Positions 1-8,722 of a DNA stretch of 64,000 nucleotides are shown piece after piece (the stretch's first letter is position 1; each line of letters starts with the position of its first letter). Source of the DNA: a virus (Duplodnaviria > Caudoviricetes); the IMG/VR virus record IMGVR_UViG_3300035670_000186, positions 1,829 through 65,828 of that record; one strand, written 5' to 3'. The position numbers and the translations under genes are program-made. The notes beneath the pieces were generated by a model that was given only the letters and a program-made list of their open reading frames with translations, was not told where the DNA came from and did not search any database.

Positions 1-6
1 AAGGGC

Positions 7-234
7 GTGCAGCCCATCAAGAAAACCAAGGAGTCGCAGTACGTCGTCGAGATGTCCTTCGTCTCCGACCGACGGCTCAGCGACAAGGAGCTCGGCGCGA
101 TCCGAGGTCAACTGGCGCTGATCGTCGAGGAACCGAGCGACGAATGGGCGACCAAGGTTCCCGAGGATCACATGGCGTTCTCGACCAAGGACGTTCGGGT
201 CGGCCTGCGCGTCTCTCGCCAAAGGAAGAAGTGA
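7..234 (+). CDS. Hypothetical protein
   Basis: 75-aa ORF with phage-like codon use, directly upstream of the next gene. Confidence 0.55.
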   Translation: MQPIKKTKESQYVVEMSFVSDRRLSDKELGAIRGQLALIVEEPSDEWATKVPEDHMAFSTKDVRVGLRVSRQRKK

Positions 235-236
235 CG

Positions 237-749
237 ATGGGTTACTACGTCAATACCACCGATTGCAGGATCCTCGTCAAGAGGGAGAACGCCGACAAGG
301 CGCTCCTCGCCCTCGTCAAGTTCAACGACGAGAACGACGAAAAGAAGAACGGCGGCAGTTTCGGGCCCGACGGCGCGAAGGAGAAATGGTTCTCCTGGAT
401 GCCCAAGGACTTCCGGGAGTTCGACACGTTCGGGAAGTTTCTCTCCTCTTTGGGTTTCTCGTATTTCGAGAACGAAGAAATGGATTACGTCCTGACGGGC
501 TACTCCGACAAGGCGGGCCAGGAGGACCTCCTCCTGGAGGCGATCGCCTCTTTCATCGAGGACGGATCGTTCGCCGAATGGTCGGGCGAGGACGGAGAGC
601 GCTGGCGCTGGGATTTCAAGGGCGGAAAAATGACGATCAGAAACGGCGTCGTCACGTGGTCCGACGAGACGTACACGCCGTCGGAATCGTTCCGCATGCT
701 GCAGGCGGAGCTGGAAGCGGTCAAGAAGGCGATCGGAGAATTCGAATGA
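237..749 (+). CDS. Hypothetical phage protein
   Basis: Globular-looking sequence MGYYVNT...WSGEDGERWRWDF; start at ATG 237 or at GTG 231 overlapping the previous stop. Confidence 0.75.
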   Translation: MGYYVNTTDCRILVKRENADKALLALVKFNDENDEKKNGGSFGPDGAKEKWFSWMPKDFREFDTFGKFLSSLGFSYFENEEMDYVLTGYSDKAGQEDLLLEAIASFIEDGSFAEWSGEDGERWRWDFKGGKMTIRNGVVTWSDETYTPSESFRMLQAELEAVKKAIGEFE

Positions 750-811
750 CCGACGTCCCGGCGTTCCTCGGCCTCGTATTCGTAATCATGCTCTTCGCGT
801 GCGTCGGATGA
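746..811 (+). CDS. Hydrophobic micropeptide, 21 aa (MTDVPAFLGLVFVIMLFACVG)
   Basis: ATGA overlap with the upstream stop; single hydrophobic helix; similar to 8550..8603. Confidence 0.5.
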   Translation: MTDVPAFLGLVFVIMLFACVG

Positions 812-834
812 AAGAGACGGTGGAGGAAGATACG

Positions 835-1059
835 ATGAAGCACATGCAAGCTAGAACGTATACCAGAGAACAAAGGCTCGCCCACAAATCGGTAGTCGGA
901 AAGGTCGGAACGATCTCGATCGACGAACTCGAGGTGGCGGTAAAGGTCCACAAAGAGCGTTTCCGTTACGGCCGCCTGGACGTACTCGTGCGTCCGATAG
1001 TCGGCAGCGGAACCAAGTGGGTGGAGTTCCACAAGATCAAGATCGAGAGGAGTCGATGA
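835..1059 (+). CDS. Hypothetical protein
   Basis: GGAGG at 822-826 before ATG 835; alternative in-frame ATG 808 overlaps the previous stop. Confidence 0.65.
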   Translation: MKHMQARTYTREQRLAHKSVVGKVGTISIDELEVAVKVHKERFRYGRLDVLVRPIVGSGTKWVEFHKIKIERSR

Positions 1060-1169
1060 TGGAGTTCTGGATTCATCAGAACGCGGTCATAGCGATCGTC
1101 GTCGCGACGGCGGTAATCGCCGTGGCGCGCGCGTTCGCTTTCCGCGCCCCCAAGCGCAAATCGAGCTGA
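1056..1169 (+). CDS. Small membrane peptide, 37 aa (MMEFWIHQNAVIAIVVATAVIAVARAFAFRAPKRKSS)
   Basis: ATGA overlap, GAGGAG upstream, TM helix with basic tail, followed by a terminator. Confidence 0.55.
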   Translation: MMEFWIHQNAVIAIVVATAVIAVARAFAFRAPKRKSS

Positions 1170-1213
1170 TTCGAGTACCGAATCGCCCGAGGTATCGGTT
1201 CCGATACCGAAAC

Positions 1214-1255
1214 GGCCCCCGAGCGATACCGAAAGGTATCCCGGGGGTCTTTTTT
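1214..1255 (+). terminator. Rho-independent terminator
   Basis: GGCCCCCG...GATACC-GAAA-GGTATC...CGGGGGTC stem followed by a T run. Confidence 0.75.
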
Positions 1256-1937
1256 CGTCCCGGAACGAGATCCGGATCGTACCTACCGCGCGCAAGACCG
1301 TTACTCGAGTACCGTCCGAAGCCCCGCACGCACCCGCCCGTTCGGCCGAAGCGAAACGCGCAAATTCTTCAGCCCCGACCCGTTTCCCGTGGCCCGCGAG
1401 CGACCGCGCAAACGAATCGGGGCCGGAAAACGACCGAAAAATACGGGGCCGGAGACCGAAACTCGCGCGCCCAACGGACTTTGACAACGACGGTGGCGGA
1501 TGACTCGTCGGGCGGAGGTCCCCGGCGAGGAAGAAAGGAGAAAAGACCCCGCCGGGGACGCGACCCCAAGGAAAAGGGGGGTGACCCGGGGCGCCGTAAA
1601 TAATAGCAAAGGACGACGGCGGTGGAAGAACCATTGACTTGACGTGCGCAGCGCCTCCGCGCTAGATAAGACGTAAAAAGTCGTCGGTAGTAACTACCTC
1701 CTCTCGTGGACGACGAGTAGCGGGGTCGGTGAGCAGTCGTGATCGAACGAACGAAGGTTCGTCCGATTACGACGTAAGGAATCGTTTACGAATCGATTCT
1801 TTATGAGTGACTGCTCCGGTACGTATTCTCTACAAAGGGTTCGTACGAGGCGTTCGTAAGAAGTTCGTGGGACTCTGCGCGAAAACGGCCGATCCGAACC
1901 CCTTGACCGCGCGATCGGCGGCCGATACGATGTTTCC

Positions 1938-2321
1938 GTGCAAGAAGAGCTCTTCTCCGATTCCTCCCCGGTTCCCGTGCGCAAGCCGCGATCCAAGCGG
2001 GAGAAAGCGGATTCGGTGCCGCCCGACGACGTCGCGACGGTATGGAACGAGTGGATCGTCGTTCATCGCGAGGGAACCAGGAAGCCGGCCTTCACCGAGG
2101 ACAGGAGGATTCTCGTGGCCTGCGCGATCCACGACTTCGGCGTTCACGCCTGCATCGAGGCGATTCATGGCTGCAAGATGAGTCCGTTCCACCAGGGCGA
2201 CAACGATCGCGGCCGAAAATACGACGACGTCGGATTGATACTGCGCAACGCCGAGAAGGTGGAGCGCTTCTGCGAGATTTACAGGGAGAACAGGAACAGA
2301 CCGACGGGAGCGGACTTCTGA
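1938..2321 (+). CDS. Phage replication initiator / replisome organiser C-terminal-like protein
   Basis: SPFHQGDNDRGRKYDDVGLILRNAEKVERF resembles phage initiator C-termini; coupled to a loader-like gene; TACGAT-N6-GTG leaderless start. Confidence 0.6.
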   Translation: MQEELFSDSSPVPVRKPRSKREKADSVPPDDVATVWNEWIVVHREGTRKPAFTEDRRILVACAIHDFGVHACIEAIHGCKMSPFHQGDNDRGRKYDDVGLILRNAEKVERFCEIYRENRNRPTGADF

Positions 2322-2794
2322 TGGAGAGGGACAACGTCGGAAAGGTCGTCGTGGCCTTCTACAACTCCTGGAACGAGCGAATTCCGAAGGGTTCGGAGTG
2401 GGACGAGACGCTGGACACCTGGGAGAAGTTCCTCTCGGACGTCACCGTGGAGGAGGCGCGCCTCGCCTACAGGAAGCTGACGGCGCTCGATTCTCAATGG
2501 TTGCCTCGTCCCGCGACGGTACGGCGCACCGCTCTCTCCTATCGCCTGGGAGCCCCTCCGAAGGAGTGGGAGGCGTGGGCGCAGCTCAGGAGACTCTCGG
2601 AGGCCTCCCATACGGGTACGGCGTCGTCCGAGAAGCTCCACGACGTCGTACGCAAGACTCTCTCGTCCCTGGGAGGCAGAGAGGCGCTCGAGCTGCACAC
2701 CAACGGCGATCGCGAGCTCTTCTTCCGCGCCTACAGGGACGCTCTCGCCGAATGGGAGACGGAGGCGTACGGTCTTCCCCGCAAGGGAGAGTAG
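2321..2794 (+). CDS. Helicase loader/inhibitor (G39P-like) protein
   Basis: TGATG coupling; W..FL.D...EEA..A...WLPRPATVR pattern; typical position after an initiator gene. Confidence 0.55.
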   Translation: MERDNVGKVVVAFYNSWNERIPKGSEWDETLDTWEKFLSDVTVEEARLAYRKLTALDSQWLPRPATVRRTALSYRLGAPPKEWEAWAQLRRLSEASHTGTASSEKLHDVVRKTLSSLGGREALELHTNGDRELFFRAYRDALAEWETEAYGLPRKGE

Positions 2795-2812
2795 CCGCGA
2801 TAGTCTTCGCCC

Positions 2813-2992
2813 GTGGCGAACCGACGCGGAGGACGCCCCGTAAAGAGGGCCGAGGGAGAATGGGCGACGATAACCGTCCGCGTGCCCGCTTGGTTCAAGA
2901 ACCATCTCAACGAAGTGGCCGAGGGCTACGACATGTCGTTGACCGAGTATCTGAAGACCCTCGTTCTGCGCGATGCCCCTAAAGCCGAATGA
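2813..2992 (+). CDS. Ribbon-helix-helix DNA-binding protein, 59 aa (below the ORF track cutoff)
   Basis: MANRRGGRP...ATITVRVPAWFKNHLNEVAEGYDMSLTEYLKTLV; TAGTCT-N6-GTG leaderless start. Confidence 0.7.
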   Translation: MANRRGGRPVKRAEGEWATITVRVPAWFKNHLNEVAEGYDMSLTEYLKTLVLRDAPKAE

Positions 2993-3314
2993 ACCCAGGA
3001 GCGACGACGAGCTCCACCAGATCTGCGTACGGATACCCGGATGGTTGAAGGGCAGGATGCTGAGGATCTGCGAGAGAGAGGGCCTCTCGATCAACGCCTT
3101 CGTCTCCAACGCGATACGAGAGGCCGAGCGCGAGGACAGGGGACTTCCGTCTCCTCCCGAGGGCAAACCCGTACCCACGCTCGCCGACGTGCTCGGCTCT
3201 TACGCCACCGGGGAGCGGATACTGCGGCCCTGCGGTAAGACGAGGTGCGACATGCGCCTGGTCGTATTGGACGGCGCCGAGTTCTGCGACGTCTGCGGGG
3301 TGCGCACCAAATGA
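2973..3314 (+). CDS. Ribbon-helix-helix protein with C-terminal Cys4 zinc ribbon
   Basis: QICVRIPGWLKGRMLRICEREGLSINAFVSNAIRE plus CGKTRC...CDVC. Confidence 0.7.
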   Translation: MPLKPNEPRSDDELHQICVRIPGWLKGRMLRICEREGLSINAFVSNAIREAEREDRGLPSPPEGKPVPTLADVLGSYATGERILRPCGKTRCDMRLVVLDGAEFCDVCGVRTK

Positions 3315-3319
3315 GTCGG

Positions 3320-3403
3320 ATAAATTCTCGCGCGCACGCGTAGTCTCAATTTTTTTAGTCTCGCATAAATTAGATCGCGCACGCGTAGTTCAGAATTTTT
3401 TTT
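3320..3403. repeat. Two-copy direct repeat with 45-bp period
   Basis: ATAAATT-N4-CGCGCACGCGTAGT-N3/4-AATTTTTTT; cores at 3331-3344 and 3376-3389. Confidence 0.85.
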
Positions 3404-3463
3404 TCGTACGATTATTCGGCCGCTTTATTTCGTAGCCGGTTTTGTATTCGGCAACTACAAAAT

Positions 3464-3664
3464 TCATCGTCGGCGAAAACGGGGAGGCATCGGGGGCCCT
3501 TCCCGCCTTTTTCTCGCCTCTCTCACGTACAGCGGAGCCCTCATCGCCGACTCGGGAATCCTCTCCCCCGCCTCTGGATCGGGATGCGGCACCCACTCCC
3601 TCGTCTCGTCGTCCCATGCGTACCAGCCCGCGTACGGCGACTTCCCCTCGTTCGTCGTACTCAC
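3464..3664 (-). CDS. Hypothetical protein
   Basis: 66-aa ORF with TAGTGT seven nt upstream of its GTG. Confidence 0.45.
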   Translation of the reverse strand: MSTTNEGKSPYAGWYAWDDETREWVPHPDPEAGERIPESAMRAPLYVREARKRREGPPMPPRFRRR

Positions 3665-3687
3665 GCGCTAGACACTACTCGGGTCGC

Positions 3688-3719
3688 CCCCGCCGGGGTT
3701 CGGGTCTTTCCCGGCGGGG
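3688..3719 (-). terminator. GC-rich hairpin downstream of whiB
   Basis: CCCCGCCGGG / CCCGGCGGGG 10-bp stem just past the whiB stop; no clear U tract. Confidence 0.5.
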
Positions 3720-3724
3720 ACACC

Positions 3725-4075
3725 TCAATCTCCCCACATCTGACTGAGCGTCGGTCTCTTCGGCGAGATCTTCCTTCGCTTCTGCTCCGCCGCCAATTGT
3801 CTCGACGTCAATCCCGCCCACACGCCGTGCATGTCGGCGGCCGGAAACTCCAGCGCGTACTCCAGGCATTTCTTTCGAACGGTGCAGTTCGCGCACATCT
3901 CGCGAGCCTCCTGGATGTAGCTAATATCCTTGTGCCCCTTGGGAAACATCTTGTCAGTTTGGTTCTTGCACCTCGCTCGATCCATCCACTCGTACCTTGG
4001 TATAGCGAACGCACCGGACGAGTTCGCCGCTAGATTTGTCCCAATTTTCTTCGGCCTCTTCGTTTCCTTCTCCAC
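3725..4075 (-). CDS. whiB: WhiB-family Fe-S transcription factor
   Basis: W..RARC...CANC.....C...A...GVWAG with basic tail; GGGGAGG RBS before GTG 4075. Confidence 0.92.
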   Translation of the reverse strand: MEKETKRPKKIGTNLAANSSGAFAIPRYEWMDRARCKNQTDKMFPKGHKDISYIQEAREMCANCTVRKKCLEYALEFPAADMHGVWAGLTSRQLAAEQKRRKISPKRPTLSQMWGD

Positions 4076-4153
4076 GTCGTTTTCCTCCCCGTGAACGAGG
4101 GAACGAGTCCCCCTCTCGGGAGCCATGCTGCCAAATGGCTAAGAAGAAATCGG

Positions 4154-4819
4154 TTATCTAGCGGAGCGCTTGTTTTTGGTCGCTACTTTTTTGGGCGTCT
4201 TTTTCTTGGCGACCTTACCTTTTTTCGGCTGCTCCTGTACCGTCACGTGAAACGGCGCTCCCGTACCCGGATCGAACTTGCTCGCGACCGAGAGGGCCTT
4301 CATCACGGCGTTCCTGGCCGAGAGCACCGACTTGCCCCATCCCGTCGCGGTAAGAGCTCCCATCGCATAGGCGCTACCGCTACCGATGGCGTACAGGCCC
4401 GAGGCCTCGGTGATCCAGCTGTAGTCCCCGTCCACCGAGTAGGCCTTGCCGTTCACCGCCACTATGAGTTCGCTCTCGAACTCGGCCTTCCCGGGGTACT
4501 CCCTTTGCACCGGTGCGTATCCGGACTTCTCCAACACCTCCCGTAGGGCGGGTATGAAATCAGTGGAGACGAACTTGTCGAGCGACGATCCGGAGAGCGT
4601 AGGTCTCGGTATCGGAGGAGAGAAGTTGTGAGACAGCACGTTGATGGCCCTCAGGTCTCCCGCCGCTCCCAATAGCCAGGGTCCGTTCTGGACGACCTTC
4701 TTCTGGCTGTCCGACAGTACGTGGGTCTCGGATCTACCCTCGTCGTCGACGTTGGAGATACGGGAGTCCCATCCCAATACGCACCATCCGTCTCCTTGTA
4801 CGGCGATTACGGTCGTCAT
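4154..4819 (-). CDS. Proteasome-beta/HslV-like Ntn threonine peptidase
   Basis: N-terminal M-T-T, DSR, K, GAAG and AIGSGS.YAMGAL motifs; AGGAG RBS. Confidence 0.85.
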   Translation of the reverse strand: MTTVIAVQGDGWCVLGWDSRISNVDDEGRSETHVLSDSQKKVVQNGPWLLGAAGDLRAINVLSHNFSPPIPRPTLSGSSLDKFVSTDFIPALREVLEKSGYAPVQREYPGKAEFESELIVAVNGKAYSVDGDYSWITEASGLYAIGSGSAYAMGALTATGWGKSVLSARNAVMKALSVASKFDPGTGAPFHVTVQEQPKKGKVAKKKTPKKVATKNKRSAR

Positions 4820-4934
4820 CGGTGTTTTCTCTCTCCTAGTGGGAGTTTGCTAGCCGGGATTGGGGAACCATGGAGGGAAAACGGGGCGCTTGGTCGCCCG
4901 TGTCTTCGACTCCCCCCGAATTGTACGTCCGAAT

Positions 4935-5126
4935 TCACTCCGACGAAAGATCGCAAACGAAAGACCAGGCCGCTCGCTCTTGGTCGCCCTCGGCCGCGGC
5001 GACTATCCGACCGGTAGCGGAGTGAACGAAATAGCCGTAGTAGTCCTTCTCCTGGCCTTTGAAGGGGCTTCGTGCCGACTTGTATTCCCAGCCGGCCGCC
5101 TGCAATAACTTCAGGTATGCGCCCAT
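4935..5126 (-). CDS. Hypothetical protein
   Basis: 63-aa ORF in the minus-strand operon. Confidence 0.5.
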   Translation of the reverse strand: MGAYLKLLQAAGWEYKSARSPFKGQEKDYYGYFVHSATGRIVAAAEGDQERAAWSFVCDLSSE

Positions 5127-5141
5127 CTTTCGTTCAATCCT

Positions 5142-6359
5142 TTACTTGAGTTTCGGTGCCTTGACGTTCTTTGCGTCGTATTCGATGCCCCTGAAGCGAG
5201 TCCAGCCGTCGTAAATGGCCGCAACTTCGTAGGTGAACAAGTTCTTCCCGGTGTCCTCGTAGGTCACCATTCCGATCCCCTGTTGCCAATCCTCCACCAC
5301 GGTCTTGGGTCGTCCCCAAGCGTCCACCCCGCCTTTGGTGGAAGGTACGGCGCCGTCTATGCGCGCCAGCGTCCCCGGGCTGGCGGCCATGATGGTTCTC
5401 GCTCCGTCCCAGTCTTGACGGGTACGGTAGGCGAGCTCTATCCTATGGATGTGTCCATAGATGACGGAAAGTTTTTGCTCGTTGAGGTAAATGTGGGCGG
5501 TGGATCCGCGAGACCTGACTCGGTTCCCGTGGATGCACGCCAGCTGATTGTTGATGAGATAGTAGCCGGCCGGGTATCCGCTCTCGAAATGGATGCCATA
5601 TTCCTCCATCCTGCACAACGAAGGAACGGACATGTCCGGCCAGGCCTTCGGGGTGTTCCCCTTGGTGATGCCGAACGCCGCTTTCGCATTGTCAAGGATG
5701 TAGTTGGTTAGTCGCTCTTCGTGGTTGCCGGCCAACCATACGATCTTTGCTTTGGGCGCCGCTTGCCTGAGTTCGGCGCATAGCGTCGTCGCCCTGTCTA
5801 TCGAGGCCTGAGTCGTCAGTGCGAATGCCGGACTGAGCCTGTACTTGCCGAACTCGGGAAGATCCAGGTTGTCGCCCAGCAGAACTATCTGGTTCGGCTG
5901 CATGTCCCTGATGATCGAGATAGCTATCGCGATAGCACGCTCGTCGTGAGTCGGCACGAGCTCGCCGTCGGCGTCCCTGAAGTAACCGATTTGTATATCA
6001 GGTACTATCACGGCCGTCTTGGCGGTTGATTTCAGTAACTGCTTGACGTTGGACTTTTGTATTTGCACGGACGGTCCCGGCTTGGGTAGTTCCCATTCCG
6101 GACCCGTCTCCCACGACGGCGAGAACTGAATTGCTTGAAGGTCGTGAACCTGGAACTCGCCTTCGGCGTCTTTGGTCACCTGTTGGTAGATCGAAACCTT
6201 TTTTACCGATCCGATCTCGGCTAGGTCTATGCCCTTCGAGCGAATCATCTCCTCGATGGCGTTGAGCACCTTCTTGGATTTGGCTTCGTTCTCGGATTTT
6301 TGCTTCAATCTCTTGACGCCGGCGGTGACTCGTGGATTGACTTTTTTGTCGGTTTTCAT
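5142..6359 (-). CDS. Calcineurin-like metallophosphoesterase
   Basis: PDIQ, LLGD.LD, AGNHE, IHG and GHIH motifs; GGAGG RBS. Confidence 0.88.
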   Translation of the reverse strand: MKTDKKVNPRVTAGVKRLKQKSENEAKSKKVLNAIEEMIRSKGIDLAEIGSVKKVSIYQQVTKDAEGEFQVHDLQAIQFSPSWETGPEWELPKPGPSVQIQKSNVKQLLKSTAKTAVIVPDIQIGYFRDADGELVPTHDERAIAIAISIIRDMQPNQIVLLGDNLDLPEFGKYRLSPAFALTTQASIDRATTLCAELRQAAPKAKIVWLAGNHEERLTNYILDNAKAAFGITKGNTPKAWPDMSVPSLCRMEEYGIHFESGYPAGYYLINNQLACIHGNRVRSRGSTAHIYLNEQKLSVIYGHIHRIELAYRTRQDWDGARTIMAASPGTLARIDGAVPSTKGGVDAWGRPKTVVEDWQQGIGMVTYEDTGKNLFTYEVAAIYDGWTRFRGIEYDAKNVKAPKLK

Positions 6360-6378
6360 AAACCCTCCCTAGGTTTCT

Positions 6379-6696
6379 TTATTCCGCGAACTTATCGTCG
6401 AGACCGCACTTGTCCTCATGGGCACAAGAGCAAACCCTCGCTCGATAGTCGTAGATCGTTTGTCTCGCTACCCTGATACCGGACGACCTCATCTCTCGGA
6501 TGATGTCGGTAGTCGTCGTAACGTCGTCGTTGAGTACGTCGTACAAACACTTCGCCGTCTCGTCGTCCATCTTCTGGAGTATCTTTGCCATCGGACAAAC
6601 GATGTGATCTCTGTTCGCTTCCGATTTGGCTCCGACCGCTTTGAGCCTCTCGCCGAGGCGTCCTATATTTGTCGTCTTCTTGACATCTTTGGCCAC
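6379..6696 (-). CDS. Hypothetical Cys-containing helical protein
   Basis: AGGAGG RBS; C...CSC motif; upstream of the phosphoesterase. Confidence 0.7.
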   Translation of the reverse strand: MAKDVKKTTNIGRLGERLKAVGAKSEANRDHIVCPMAKILQKMDDETAKCLYDVLNDDVTTTTDIIREMRSSGIRVARQTIYDYRARVCSCAHEDKCGLDDKFAE

Positions 6697-6756
6697 GTCT
6701 TCCCTCCTGTGGATACCTTATACCATGGGCTCACGTTCGCGCAATAGGATTGGCAC

Positions 6757-7194
6757 GTGACGAACGGTGAGTATCGCAAACACGCCATAGACGATGCGCT
6801 ATTGAAAGCCATACTCGAAGGAGTGGGCGACGGAGACAAGGCCAAGGAATTGACGGCCGCCGTCATGCAGGAGCTGGACAAACATAGGCTTCTCTATTAC
6901 TCGTCTCCGAACGAGCTGAGTCTCCTCAGTGCGGCCGGGAGGGTGCTCGTGGCTTTGGCGGAAACGCCCGACTCCACCCAGAGGTCGCTGGCGGTATTCC
7001 TCGGAGTCAGCGAGGGTGCGATCAGGAAGTCCGTGGATCAACTCGTCGCCGCCGGGGTGGTAGCAAAGACAAAAGTCAAGGGACGAAACATGCTCGTAGT
7101 CGTGCCGGAAAAACTCGGTCAGCTGAGTGATATCAAACGCTTTTCCGCCTTGATGGCACTAATACCTCGTGAAGGCAATCACGAACTTTTCTGA
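6757..7194 (+). CDS. Winged-helix (MarR-like) DNA-binding protein
   Basis: RVLVALAETPDSTQRSLAVFLGVSEGAIRKSVDQLVAAGVV; TAGGAT-N6-GTG leaderless start. Confidence 0.8.
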   Translation: MTNGEYRKHAIDDALLKAILEGVGDGDKAKELTAAVMQELDKHRLLYYSSPNELSLLSAAGRVLVALAETPDSTQRSLAVFLGVSEGAIRKSVDQLVAAGVVAKTKVKGRNMLVVVPEKLGQLSDIKRFSALMALIPREGNHELF

Positions 7195-7215
7195 TAGCGA
7201 CCCCTACGAGGGTGA

Positions 7216-7431
7216 CTAAAGGGACAGCTCGAGTTCTCTCGCCAACTTCACCAAGTCGTCGTCGGAGTCCAGTCGGACGTGGAAAGCTATCCGTTTCGCC
7301 AACAGCCTCACCGCCCATTTGAGCTTGGCGTTTTCGTCCCTGAGTGCCTCGTTCTCCTCCTTGGCGGAAAAGAACTTGGCCCACCCGGCCCTGCGCGAGG
7401 CCTCCAATCCCTGGATCGGTTTCGTGTACAT
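7216..7431 (-). CDS. Hypothetical coiled-coil protein
   Basis: 71-aa ORF containing EENEALRDENAKLK. Confidence 0.55.
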   Translation of the reverse strand: MYTKPIQGLEASRRAGWAKFFSAKEENEALRDENAKLKWAVRLLAKRIAFHVRLDSDDDLVKLARELELSL

Positions 7432-7586
7432 GGTTCTTCTTTCATTGCGGTGCGAGTGTTACTCCCATGCTGACGGGTGGGTTTGGTTACCGATCAGTAA
7501 CAAGAGTGACGTCGTGATATCGTGACATCATATGTGACGGCCGACACACCTAAATTGAGTAGCTACAAAAATATTTGATTTAGGGG

Positions 7587-7615
7587 TTGCAATGACCCAA
7601 AGGTGCCGCTAGCTT
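7587..7615 (+). promoter_or_regulatory. SigA/sigma70-type promoter
   Basis: TTGCAA-N17-TAGCTT upstream of AGGAGG and GTG 7649. Confidence 0.65.
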
Positions 7616-7648
7616 GTCCCATAACTTACTTAGCCATAGGAGGCAATA

Positions 7649-8047
7649 GTGTCCGAAAAGAGAAGGATCAAGAGCGCGGCCCAGGCCGCCAAGGCGTTCG
7701 CCGAAGCGAAGTCGGCCTACGAAGAAGCGACCAAGGCCAAGAAAGTCGCCGAACTCGAGTTCATGGAGGCGTGCGCCAAGGAGGGCGTTGACGCCGTGGT
7801 CATAGGGGACGAGGGCCGAAAGCGCAAGGTCTTCATCCGTTCTTCGGTTCGCAACGACTTCAATCTGGAGAAGCTTCGCAAGCTGGTCAAGCCGGCCGTA
7901 TTGAAGAAGGTCCTGACCGAGGTCGTGGACCGCAAGAAGATCGCCGGAGCCCTGGAGATGGGGCTCATCGATCAGCATTCCCTCGACAAGGCGACCGAGG
8001 TCACCAAGGTCACCTCGGTGATGATCGCCGACTTGGAGACCGAATGA
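7649..8047 (+). CDS. Hypothetical phage protein
   Basis: Strong RBS and strongly C/G-biased codons. Confidence 0.8.
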   Translation: MSEKRRIKSAAQAAKAFAEAKSAYEEATKAKKVAELEFMEACAKEGVDAVVIGDEGRKRKVFIRSSVRNDFNLEKLRKLVKPAVLKKVLTEVVDRKKIAGALEMGLIDQHSLDKATEVTKVTSVMIADLETE

Positions 8048-8325
8048 ACATCCTCAAGCCGAAGGTCGGGTTACCCCTGGAGCGACAGCGAGCCACGGTC
8101 GTCGCATCCACCCCGATCGACAACGGCTGGGTCGTTCTTTGCATCAGGTGGCAAGAGTTCCAGCCGTACGTGGTCTGGGACTCGTGGATTTCCGATGGTG
8201 AGCTGGTGTTCGGTAACGGACACTATTCGCACAACATCGGGGACGCCGTGTACAAGTACTCGGTGCGAGGCGGTTACGTCTCGGTAATAAGCAACGCAAT
8301 AACAATCAACGAACAGGAGCAATGA
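8044..8325 (+). CDS. Hypothetical protein
   Basis: ATGA overlap with the upstream gene. Confidence 0.7.
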   Translation: MNILKPKVGLPLERQRATVVASTPIDNGWVVLCIRWQEFQPYVVWDSWISDGELVFGNGHYSHNIGDAVYKYSVRGGYVSVISNAITINEQEQ

Positions 8326-8328
8326 ACC

Positions 8329-8550
8329 ATGAAGAAAGTAAAGCAAGTTGAGACCGAGGTGGCGCGCCGCATGAAGGTAGCTCGCATCAACCGCAATCTC
8401 ACCCAGGGCGAACTCGCCAAGAAAGCCGGCGTGGATCGCAAGACCATCAACCGCATCGAGAACAACCACTTCTCGCCGAACGTGGAGACCCTCGTCAGGG
8501 TCTGCTCGGTCCTCAACGTGAAGATCTCGGCGTTCCTCCGCGGAATCTGA
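8329..8550 (+). CDS. XRE/Cro-C1 HTH transcriptional regulator
   Basis: ARINRNLTQGELAKKAGVDRKTINRIENNHFSPNVETL. Confidence 0.92.
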   Translation: MKKVKQVETEVARRMKVARINRNLTQGELAKKAGVDRKTINRIENNHFSPNVETLVRVCSVLNVKISAFLRGI

Positions 8551-8603
8551 TGGAGTGGGTCGCTTTGGCGTTCGTCGTCGGCTTGTTTTGCTGCGTCGGC
8601 TGA
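8550..8603 (+). CDS. Hydrophobic micropeptide, 17 aa (MEWVALAFVVGLFCCVG)
   Basis: TGATG coupling to the XRE gene; similar to 746..811. Confidence 0.5.
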   Translation: MEWVALAFVVGLFCCVG

Positions 8604-8657
8604 ACGCTCGGGTCGTTTGCGCGACGCTGGGATAAGGGCGGTCGTCGCAACGAAAGT

Positions 8658-8700
8658 GGGCCCGGGGGAATCCCCTCTCTATTCCTCCCGGGCCTGCTTT
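8658..8700 (+). terminator. Hairpin terminator
   Basis: GGCCCGGG.GGAAT / ATTCC.CCCGGGCC stem followed by TGCTTT. Confidence 0.6.
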
Positions 8701-8722
8701 GATCTTACACGGACGTAATTAG

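Noticed and set aside
966-1634. 222-aa minus-strand ORF and nested ORFs
   Set aside because: Low-complexity translation that overlaps plus-strand genes and a terminator; no motif or RBS
3320-3403. Possible mini CRISPR array
   Set aside because: Only two imperfect copies with a 14-bp core, no spacer series and no cas genes
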